From NCBI GenBank assembly GCA_037446635.1, contig JBBIIG010000009.1:82306-96940 (forward strand): 14,635 nt of DNA, given 5' to 3'. Position 1 is the first letter of the stretch; each line of letters opens with the position of its first letter. Origin of the DNA: a bacterium (GTDB lineage Bacteria; Zhuqueibacterota; Zhuqueibacteria; Oceanimicrobiales; Oceanimicrobiaceae). The notes under the pieces were generated by a model. That model was not told the DNA's origin. It made no database searches and saw only the letters and a list, made by a program, of their open reading frames with translations. Of this stretch, positions 6,960 through 13,994 are shown one piece after another. Made by a program: the position numbers and the translations under genes.

Positions 6960-9596
6960 TTATTCTCGGACAAAGCGCCGGATGTTCATCAAATAATCCC
7001 GCAGCGCTTCGATTTGTTTTTCCGGATTGCCGTCGAAAACGTTGGGCGGCGCCGCATCGGGATAAAAAGCCGGCATTTTGGTACCCGGCTGCAGCTTCTG
7101 CGGGTTGGCAATCCAGTCGTACACCCAATCGGGGCGCAGACGATCCGGCGCCAGCAGAAAGTCCGGCGCCCAGCCGGAGGGCGGACCTTCCGGTTTCTTT
7201 TTACCGACCTGGTGGCAACTATAGCAGCTCAACAAATCCGCCGAAAAAAGCTTTTCCGCGCCGCGAATCTCGTCGCTGGTCAATTCGATTTTGATCTCTT
7301 CAAATGGTTCGCTGAGACCTTCCAGCGCCTGGAAGTATTCGATGAGCGCGTTAACTTCGTCGTCGCTGAAATGAAACGTCGGCATGCGCACGCTCAGCCA
7401 GGGACGAATGTTGGTGGTTGGATTTTTGAGAAACTCAAACAACCACTTGGGCTGAACTTTGCGGCCCTCGCCGATCAAATCCGGCGGCGCAAAGGAGACG
7501 GCTTCTTCAGGAGAAAGATTCTGTTTTTTCAGCGCTTCCACCAGAGTGGGACGAATGAAGCCGCCTTCGCCCTCGATGATGTGGCAGCCCACGCAATTGT
7601 ATTGCCGCACCAGCCGGCGGCCTTTTTCAAGGGCGTCGCCTAAGCGTCCCATGTCGTGTTTGTAGGCGTCGCCGATCTTGCGGCCGTCCCAGCTTTTCAA
7701 CAGCGCCGCCAACGTGGTGGCATGCTCTTTCGCCAATGCAAAATTTGGCATCCGCTGCACCACCACTTCGGTAGCGTAAAGCCTGGAGTTCGTGAGCTTG
7801 CCGATGGTCCACTCCTCCCAGGTTTCGGCGGCCACGTCGCCGCGCGCCAGGGCGTCGCCGTAAAACAGCTCCTCGTGGGTCTTGCCGCCAAATTCATTGA
7901 GGGAGACGCTGACCTTGCCTTCGGTTTCCATGCCCGCGATGTCATGGCAGCCGTGGCAGCCAAAATTGCGAATGACCGCTTTGCCCTCGGCCAGCAGTTC
8001 TGGTGAATCGAGATCCACGCCGTCGAGGCTGTTGGCGGGCGCAGCGGGTTCTTTTTTGGTCATCAAGTAGGCGACGATATCCAGGGCTTCGGCGTCGCTC
8101 AGCCGCAAATCCGGCATAGTGGTTTGCGGGTGATATTGCTTAGGATTTTTGATCCACGCAAACAGCCAATCGCGGCTGAGCTTGCCGCCGATTTTGGTGA
8201 GATCGGGCGCCAGGTCGTAGGGCACATCGGTTTTTCGGATTTCGCGGTCGGACTCGCTGATGACGTGGCAGCCTTTGCAGCCCACGCTTTCCACCAGTTC
8301 CTCGCCGCGCGCCGCCGATCCGCCTGGAGGCGCGGGTGGAACTTTATAGCCGTTGTTTTGGCTGATGTTGTTTAAATAGGCCGTAACCGCCAGCGCTTCC
8401 TCATGGCTGAACTGCGGGTTGGGCATGCGGCTGTGCTCGCGAAACGACTTGGTGTCTTTCACCCAGCGATAAATGAATTCCGGAGTTGTCTTGGCGGTGA
8501 CGGCGTTCAACGGCGGGCCAATTTTGCGGGCATTTTCGTAACCGGCAATTTCATGGCAGCCGTAGCAGCCGAGATCGAACACCATGCGCTTGGCTTTGGT
8601 GAGCACGGGGGCGTGTTCCACCTTCATTTCACCGCTGTGGCATTTGTTGCAGCCGGCCTCCAGAAATTCATCGCTTAACAGCGGATGTTCCCAGTGCTTC
8701 ACCTGGCCGTGTGCAAACCTGATGGACTGCAGCGCCGGCCCCTGGCCTTCGTGACACGGCACGCAGCCGAAGCGGTTGACCGGGTGGGTTCCCAAATACA
8801 TGTCGCGCTGGGGATGCGTTTGGAACGGCGCCGGAAAATCATCGTAGCCGCCTTTGTCGGCGTTGACGTGGCAACTGGTGCAGCGGTCCACTTGATCGAG
8901 GGGATTCTCAAAATTTCCCCGGACAAAACCCGGCAGCACAAATTGTTGGATGGCGATTTTGCGGTCGCCGATCAAGTGCAGTTTGGTTTCCAATTCCACA
9001 ATGGGCGCGTGGATTTTTTCCAACTCTTTCTTCAGGTTATCAATTCGAGCAGTGTACTCAGCCAGGCGCTTATCCAGCTCTGCTTTCTTTGCTTCAGCTT
9101 CATCCCATTTTGTTTTTAATTCGATGACCTTCTGATTGCGTTCGTCGATTTTGGGACGCAGTTTTTGCGCTTTGTCCAGGTGGCCGGAATGCTCCGCGTG
9201 TTTGTACTCGTACCAGAGAGCGTCGAATTCGCTCTTTTCAAAACGATAAGCCTGCACGGCTTTTTCGATTTCGATCTCGGCGCGCTCGGTCTGCTTGAGC
9301 AAATCTTTGTAGTCCGGACTCTGCAGGTCCGCTTGCGCCTGGCGCAATTGCTCTTCGAGGGATTTCATTTTTTCGCCCTGTTTTTGAGCGATGTCGGTTT
9401 TCACGGCGGCGAGCTGGTCTGCAACGCGTTGGTATTCAAGTTTGTTGAGTTTTTTTTGATAGCGCTGCCAGGGCGCCCGCAGGCTGATCATGTCCACAAT
9501 TGCCCAGAACGTGGTGAGGGCCAACAAACCGGCGAGAATCAAATAGATGTGTCCGTATTCTCGTTCTTCGACGGGGATTTCAGATCGCTTGGGCAA
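6960..9596 (-). CDS. Membrane-anchored octaheme cytochrome c (cytochrome c subunit of a b6-type quinol-oxidising complex)
   Basis: Eight CxxCH motifs: CTSCH, CVPCH, CNKCH, CYGCH, CKGCH, CHGCH, CVGCH, CYSCH. It has an N-terminal TM helix and a long coiled coil. TTG start with RBS GGGAGGT. Confidence 0.92.
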   Translation of the reverse strand: MPKRSEIPVEEREYGHIYLILAGLLALTTFWAIVDMISLRAPWQRYQKKLNKLEYQRVADQLAAVKTDIAQKQGEKMKSLEEQLRQAQADLQSPDYKDLLKQTERAEIEIEKAVQAYRFEKSEFDALWYEYKHAEHSGHLDKAQKLRPKIDERNQKVIELKTKWDEAEAKKAELDKRLAEYTARIDNLKKELEKIHAPIVELETKLHLIGDRKIAIQQFVLPGFVRGNFENPLDQVDRCTSCHVNADKGGYDDFPAPFQTHPQRDMYLGTHPVNRFGCVPCHEGQGPALQSIRFAHGQVKHWEHPLLSDEFLEAGCNKCHSGEMKVEHAPVLTKAKRMVFDLGCYGCHEIAGYENARKIGPPLNAVTAKTTPEFIYRWVKDTKSFREHSRMPNPQFSHEEALAVTAYLNNISQNNGYKVPPAPPGGSAARGEELVESVGCKGCHVISESDREIRKTDVPYDLAPDLTKIGGKLSRDWLFAWIKNPKQYHPQTTMPDLRLSDAEALDIVAYLMTKKEPAAPANSLDGVDLDSPELLAEGKAVIRNFGCHGCHDIAGMETEGKVSVSLNEFGGKTHEELFYGDALARGDVAAETWEEWTIGKLTNSRLYATEVVVQRMPNFALAKEHATTLAALLKSWDGRKIGDAYKHDMGRLGDALEKGRRLVRQYNCVGCHIIEGEGGFIRPTLVEALKKQNLSPEEAVSFAPPDLIGEGRKVQPKWLFEFLKNPTTNIRPWLSVRMPTFHFSDDEVNALIEYFQALEGLSEPFEEIKIELTSDEIRGAEKLFSADLLSCYSCHQVGKKKPEGPPSGWAPDFLLAPDRLRPDWVYDWIANPQKLQPGTKMPAFYPDAAPPNVFDGNPEKQIEALRDYLMNIRRFVRE

Positions 9597-9640
9597 GCCT
9601 ACCTCCCATTTCGTTTTCTCTTAAGTTGATTCTGTAAAAT

Positions 9641-9705
9641 GTAACTCAAAGCTCCGCTTTGAGGGCGCCTGCCTGCGCAGGCAGGCAAACCAGAGGTTTG
9701 CGTAC
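9641..9705. repeat. REP/REPIN-like element, copy 2, with central 20-bp palindrome
   Basis: GTAACTCAAAGC-TCC-GCTTTGAG-GGC-GCCTGCCTGCGCAGGCAGGC-AAACCAGAGGTTTGCGTAC. Confidence 0.85.
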
Positions 9706-9720
9706 ATTACTCCAAACAAT

Positions 9721-10599
9721 TTAAATATTGAACCACGGCGTCACCCAAATGTACTTGATGTTGAGCGTCCACCGCAAAATCATTTTGATGGGCAGGCCCA
9801 TCATGCTCAGAAAAAGAAAGGCCAAAATTCCATAGCGCACCGGGCCGAGATTTTTGATAAAGTCGGTGTTCTTTTTCCAATAATAATAAACAATGCCGAG
9901 GGCAAAATAAGCCGACACCACAAATCCCCCAAAGAAAAATGCCCCCACCGAGCTGCGAATGCCGAAGAATTGGTGCAGATCGACATTCACCATGGCAACG
10001 ACTTTGTGGATGTCCCAGCGTTCCCAGGGCATGAAAAAATTCCAGCCCGGGCCGCGCAGGAACGTGCCCACAAAGATCAAGGTAATCCACAAAACAAAAA
10101 ATCCGAACATGAAAATGGAGATGGCGAACTTGCGTTCCTGCCAGGTGTAGTAGCCGTTGCCCTTGGGATTTTTGTCGATGTAGGGAATCGCCATCAACCC
10201 GATGATGATGAGGGTGGGGAAAACCACGCCGGCGATCCAGGGATCGAAATAGACCAGCATCTCCTGCAAGCCCAGAAAGTACCACGGCGCTTTCGAGGGG
10301 TTGGGCGTGCGCGTGGGGTTGGCCGGCTCCTCCAGCGGCGCATCGATGACGATGGACCACACGGTGAGAACAACCATGATTAAAATCGAACAGAGAAATT
10401 CGTTGCGCGTGAGATGCGGCCAAGTGAAGATGCGGTCTTTGCCCATGGTTTGCAGATCGCCGTACTTACCCTCGGTGATGAGGCGGTCGTTCTGCCCTGC
10501 CTGCTTCATCGCTAAATAGGTGTAGTAGGCCACTAAAAACAGCATCATCACGATGGGGATGTTGTCTTCTTTGGTGACAATCGCTAAGAAATGTTCCAT
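9721..10599 (-). CDS. Cytochrome b6 subunit IV-like protein (PetD/QcrC-type) with extra TM helices
   Basis: TWPHL..NE and APLEEPANPTRTPNPSKAPWYFLGLQEMLVYF (the PEWY-equivalent loop), IPYIDKNP, and multiple TM helices. Start placed at MEHF (10599) because ATG 10653 lies inside a REP palindrome. Confidence 0.85.
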   Translation of the reverse strand: MEHFLAIVTKEDNIPIVMMLFLVAYYTYLAMKQAGQNDRLITEGKYGDLQTMGKDRIFTWPHLTRNEFLCSILIMVVLTVWSIVIDAPLEEPANPTRTPNPSKAPWYFLGLQEMLVYFDPWIAGVVFPTLIIIGLMAIPYIDKNPKGNGYYTWQERKFAISIFMFGFFVLWITLIFVGTFLRGPGWNFFMPWERWDIHKVVAMVNVDLHQFFGIRSSVGAFFFGGFVVSAYFALGIVYYYWKKNTDFIKNLGPVRYGILAFLFLSMMGLPIKMILRWTLNIKYIWVTPWFNI

Positions 10600-10635
10600 G
10601 CGTTCCGCCTTCGGGTTAGAATAGATGACTCGCTC

Positions 10636-10669
10636 CAGGTAGGGGCAATTCATGAATTGCCCCTACCTG
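10636..10669. repeat. GTAG-type REP, perfect 34-bp palindrome
   Basis: CAGGTAGGGGCAATTCA|TGAATTGCCCCTACCTG. Confidence 0.88.
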
Positions 10670-10724
10670 ACCACAATCGACAAAAGGCAATTTCTAAAAA
10701 GAGAATCGAAAATTTGAAACAGGT

Positions 10725-11498
10725 TTATAACGGCCCGGAAATTCCGCCGTCTTTGCGGACTCGCCAGAAATGCACGGCGATGAAGACAGCTAAGAACAAC
10801 GGAAAAAATATACAGTGCAAAACATAAAATCGCAACAGCGTCGGCGGCCCCACCTGAGTTCCGCCCAACAGCACGAAGCGCACATCGTTGTCGGGGCGCA
10901 TGCCCAGCTCCGGCCCGAATGGGCCTTCGTGCCCCAAAAGCGGCGTGGCGCGCGCCATGTTGGTACCCACGGTCACCGCCCAGATGGAAAGCTGATCCCA
11001 GGGCAGCAAATAACCGGTGAAGCTCAGCAGCAGCGTGGTCGTCAAAAGAATGACGCCGACCACCCAGTTGAATTCCCGCGGCGGCTTATAGGAGCCGGTC
11101 AAAAAGACGCGGAACATGTGCAGCCACACGGCGATCACCATGCCGTGCGCTGCCCAGCGGTGCATATTGCGCAGAAACATACCAAACGGAACATCGAATT
11201 GCAGATACTTCATGTCGTTGAAAGCATATTCAGCGGTGGGACGGTAGTAAAACATCAGCAGCACGCCGGTGACCGCCGTTACTAAAAACAGGAGAAAGGT
11301 GATGCCGCCCATGCACCAGGTGAAACGGATGTAGGCGCCGTGGCGCGGGATACGGGTGGGGTGAAGATGCAGCCACACATTGTCGAGCACCTGCAGATAG
11401 CGGTTGCGGGGCGTGTCCTCGTAGCTGTGCCGGAACATCGACTTCCAGACCTGCGATTTGGTGATGCTGTCCTTCATTTTGTCGAACAGTGCTTGCAT
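10725..11498 (-). CDS. petB: Cytochrome b6 (N-terminal four-helix cytochrome b; menaquinol:cytochrome c reductase b subunit)
   Basis: WCMGGITF carries the heme ci Cys. Also RNMHRWAA...[27 protein letters not shown] and RFYVLH-x14-HF (b6-type His spacing), ending in GISGPL. RBS AAGGAG. Confidence 0.95.
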   Translation of the reverse strand: MQALFDKMKDSITKSQVWKSMFRHSYEDTPRNRYLQVLDNVWLHLHPTRIPRHGAYIRFTWCMGGITFLLFLVTAVTGVLLMFYYRPTAEYAFNDMKYLQFDVPFGMFLRNMHRWAAHGMVIAVWLHMFRVFLTGSYKPPREFNWVVGVILLTTTLLLSFTGYLLPWDQLSIWAVTVGTNMARATPLLGHEGPFGPELGMRPDNDVRFVLLGGTQVGPPTLLRFYVLHCIFFPLFLAVFIAVHFWRVRKDGGISGPL

Positions 11499-11558
11499 CT
11501 TATCTCCTTATATTGTAAACAGATACTGTGTGGGGAAATTTTAGAAAAAATGTGCGGA

Positions 11559-11587
11559 AATATAACCACAATTTTGTCAAATGTCAA
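11559..11587 (-). promoter_or_regulatory. Sigma70-type promoter for the cytochrome b6 operon
   Basis: The minus strand has TTGACA (11587-11582), a 17-nt spacer and TATATT (11564-11559), about 60 nt upstream of the petB ATG. Confidence 0.75.
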
Positions 11588-11739
11588 GTTGTAAATCGAA
11601 GCGGTGATTTTTTTCAAATTCTTTCCATTGATTTTTGGCGGCGATATTTTATCTTGGTTGGTATCCTACACCAAACGACTCCCGAATGTTTAGCAACTTC
11701 TCTTTACGGGGCGATTTTCAGAAACGAGGTAAGAAGCCG

Positions 11740-12879
11740 ATGCTAAAGAAAGCGAAACCGACGCCGCCCGAAAATCTGACATCTCGAGGCAAAGTAGAGA
11801 AACTACTGAAGTGGGTTGGCGGCGTCACCGCCGTGCTCTCACTCATTTTTGCGCTGCACAAGTTTGTGGAGATGGTTTCAGACGTGCGCGAGCGGCAGCG
11901 CCAGATCGCTGAGTTTTATGAAGTCGGAAAGCGGCAGCAAGCCAATGCGGATTACGCCGGCGCCTGGAACAGCTTCGAAGAGGCCATGAAAGCGGCAGAG
12001 CCGGGCGGACAATTGGCCAAGCTCACGGCGCAGCTTGGTGAGCAGCGGCTGCAGTTGCGGCAGGCGCAGGAAGACCTGGCGATGGAATGGTTACGCAACA
12101 TCCGAACTTCGCAGGGTCAAACCTTCTCCGATATCGTGGCGCAGCTTGCACCCGTGCTCGAGCGCGGAATCGTCAGCGCCGCCGGCCCGCGCAAAGCCGA
12201 TTTGCTGGCGCACGTCGGCTGGGCAGATTTTCTGCGCTGGCGAGAAGGGCGGCGCGACCTCACTCCGGAGCAGCAGTATCGTCTGGCGCTGGAGATCGAC
12301 CCAGCAAATCCGTACGCCCATGCCCACTGGGGGCACTGGCAGTTCTGGCGAAGAGAAAATATCGAAGATGCCAAAGCGCACTTTTCGGCCGCCTTGGCCT
12401 CCGGTCGCGCGCGGGATTATGTTCGCAAAATGCAACTGGCGGCCGCGAAAAATTTAGGTCCCGATGGCGACGCGACATTCCTTGCGGCTATAAACGATAT
12501 GCGCAAAAACAACGAGCCGATTGCCGCGCAGACCCGCACCGATCTTTATTCGATCTATCATTTTACGTGCGCCAGCCGCTTCGATGCCGAGCGCTTTGAG
12601 AAATTGCTAACCGCCGTTCCTGCCGCGGAGCAGATCGCGACGTTTCGGGCGCTGTTTTACGGCCTGCCTGCGCAGGCAGGCGAGCACGCTGACGACTTCG
12701 ACCAGTGGAAACGCCCGGGCCGCGACGCGTGTTTAGCTGCCCTCCTGGAGGCCGCCGGTCAGCCGGAGGAAGCCTTGCAGATTTGGCAGCAGTTATTTCA
12801 GACCTGGCCTGCCGAAGGCAGTGGGAGCTTGGGCGATCGCGCCCGCGAAGCCATCAAGCGCTTATCGCCAGGGCAGTAA
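11740..12879 (+). CDS. Membrane-anchored TPR-like repeat protein
   Basis: A TM segment (WVGGVTAVLSLIFAL) precedes helical repeats such as YRLALEIDPANPYAHAHWG and EDAKAHFSAAL. RBS-like GAGGT favours ATG 11740. Confidence 0.75.
   Translation: MLKKAKPTPPENLTSRGKVEKLLKWVGGVTAVLSLIFALHKFVEMVSDVRERQRQIAEFYEVGKRQQANADYAGAWNSFEEAMKAAEPGGQLAKLTAQLGEQRLQLRQAQEDLAMEWLRNIRTSQGQTFSDIVAQLAPVLERGIVSAAGPRKADLLAHVGWADFLRWREGRRDLTPEQQYRLALEIDPANPYAHAHWGHWQFWRRENIEDAKAHFSAALASGRARDYVRKMQLAAAKNLGPDGDATFLAAINDMRKNNEPIAAQTRTDLYSIYHFTCASRFDAERFEKLLTAVPAAEQIATFRALFYGLPAQAGEHADDFDQWKRPGRDACLAALLEAAGQPEEALQIWQQLFQTWPAEGSGSLGDRAREAIKRLSPGQ
12662..12681. repeat. Intragenic copy of the 20-bp palindrome GCCTGCCTGCGCAGGCAGGC
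   Basis: Identical to 6918-6937 and 9667-9686; it reads G-LPAQAG in frame. Confidence 0.85.
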
Positions 12880-12922
12880 TCGCGCGCTGTGCCAGCGCTT
12901 CGAACCAAAAAAATTTCTCCTC

Positions 12923-12950
12923 TTGACTTTTTCCACAAACGTTTTATCTT
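12923..12950 (+). promoter_or_regulatory. Probable sigma70 promoter for the HU-like gene
   Basis: TTGACT, a 16-nt spacer and TATCTT, preceded by an A-tract. Confidence 0.5.
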
Positions 12951-13083
12951 TATGACTATCCCACACCACGATCTCCAACGGCGTCGGGTTGTTAGCGGCT
13001 TCTGCTTTTTGACGGTTAGGGACTAAGCAACCATTTCAAAAATTTGTGAACGATAAAATCCTAACCCTAATAAGGAGGCCATC

Positions 13084-13467
13084 ATGCCAATCAAGTATAA
13101 GATCGTTCCTCGTCAAAACCCCGCCGACCGGAATATCCCGCCCAAGTATTATGCGCAGGCGGTCAGCTCCGGCAAAATTAGCTTGCGGTCATTGGCTCAA
13201 AAAATTTCCCAAATCTCGACGGTGAGCACGGTGGATACCATGGCCGTTTTAGAAGCCCTGTTGCAGCTCATTCCGACAGAAATCGCCAATGGCAACATTG
13301 TCCGATTAGGCGAATTTGGTAGCTTCGGCCTCAGCATCAGCAGTGAGGGTGTGGACGCGGAAGCCAATTTCACCACTTCAAAAATCAAAAAGAATAGCGT
13401 ACGCTTCCGCCCCGGTAAATTGTTCAAAGAAGTGATCGATACAGCCGGTTATGAAAAAGAAACGTAA
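13084..13467 (+). CDS. HU-family DNA-binding protein, Bacteroidetes-type (HU-HIG-like)
   Basis: IKYKIVPRQNP...KYYAQAVSSG, STVSTVDTMAVLEAL, NGNIVRLGEFGSF and IKKNSVRFRPGK. Strong RBS TAAGGAGG. Confidence 0.9.
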   Translation: MPIKYKIVPRQNPADRNIPPKYYAQAVSSGKISLRSLAQKISQISTVSTVDTMAVLEALLQLIPTEIANGNIVRLGEFGSFGLSISSEGVDAEANFTTSKIKKNSVRFRPGKLFKEVIDTAGYEKET

Positions 13468-13528
13468 ACATCTATTCAATTTCTGAAATTCAAAAGCCGG
13501 GTAATCTCTTTGTTTTGGTTATTGACCA

Positions 13529-13611
13529 AAATGGTACGTACCAATCGCTCAAATGGTACGCACCATTTCATCAAATGGTTAGTACCATTTCATTGAATGG
13601 TTACTACTTTT
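13529..13611. repeat. Tandem repeat, about 3.7 x 22 bp, each unit palindromic
   Basis: Units are AAATGGTACGTACCAATCGCTC / AAATGGTACGCACCATTTCATC / AAATGGTTAGTACCATTTCATT / GAATGGTTACTACTTTT. Confidence 0.85.
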
Positions 13612-13631
13612 GAATGACAGCGAACCAGCAT

Positions 13632-13749
13632 GACCGCCTGAGAATGAATTCTCAGGCTGATAGTGGAAATCGGCTCAAGCCGATTCACGGTTTTTATTCC
13701 ACTTTAGTGGAATTTCGCTCTGAGCCGAGGATTTCAATCCTCGGCGGTC
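13632..13749. repeat. 118-bp four-hairpin REPIN/MITE-like element
   Basis: Terminal IR GACCGCC/GGCGGTC. Hairpins at 13636-13657, 13668-13685, 13696-13713 and 13724-13745 are arranged symmetrically (long-short-short-long). Confidence 0.8.
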
Positions 13750-13786
13750 GTCGTGTCCAAACTCCAGGGTCTGCCTTAGGCGGGCA

Positions 13787-13952
13787 TCCAAAAAGCCCAT
13801 CTGGCACTCCCGCATGTTTTTTAGCGGGAGTCCATTCCGCGAAGCGGATCGCCTGCCTGCCCGCCAGGAGCCTCAGGCAGACGGGATGTTAGGGATGCCC
13901 GCTAAAATATGCGGGCATGACAATCAACAAAATCGACTTTTTGGACAGCCTC
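13787..13952. repeat. Nested inverted-repeat (MITE/REP-like) element
   Basis: Outer IR TCCAAAAAG (13787) / CTTTTTGGA (13937). Inner arms are TGGCACTCCCGCATGTTTTTTAGCGGGAGTCC (13802) and GGATGCCCGCTAAAATATGCGGGCATGACA (to 13922). The centre holds TCCGC-GAA-GCGGA and a GCCTGCCTGC...CAGGCAG remnant. Confidence 0.7.
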
Positions 13953-13994
13953 TGAAGTTAAAATTTCACCGCTCCCAATTTGCCGGGGGTTTGT

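Noticed and set aside
6893..6960. The 65-bp elements at 6893 and 9641 as attC sites making the octaheme gene an integron cassette
   Set aside because: The ends (ACGTAAC/GTTACTT) do not fit RYYYAAC/GTTRRRY and copy 2 lacks the second GTT/AAC triplet. Each arm forms its own hairpin as in REPs, and the gene is an integral operon member.
10600..10653. N-terminal extension MNCPYLERV... of subunit IV
   Set aside because: The ATG is at the centre of a REP palindrome; the downstream ATG at 10599 is more plausible.
124..12926. Numerous alternative-frame and antisense ORFs in the track (e.g. 2911-3465, 3574-4116, 4215-4796, 7014-7643, 9707-10423, 12087-12599)
   Set aside because: They overlap well-supported genes and show no recognisable motifs, as expected for shadows in GC-rich coding DNA.
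12952..13026. 24-codon upstream ORF or riboswitch in the HU leader (also the GGTTAGG/CCTAACC inverted repeat)
   Set aside because: The ATG lies upstream of the likely transcription start and has no RBS. I recognised no riboswitch consensus.
13529..13611. CRISPR array
   Set aside because: The units are contiguous with no unique spacers, and there are no cas genes in the window.
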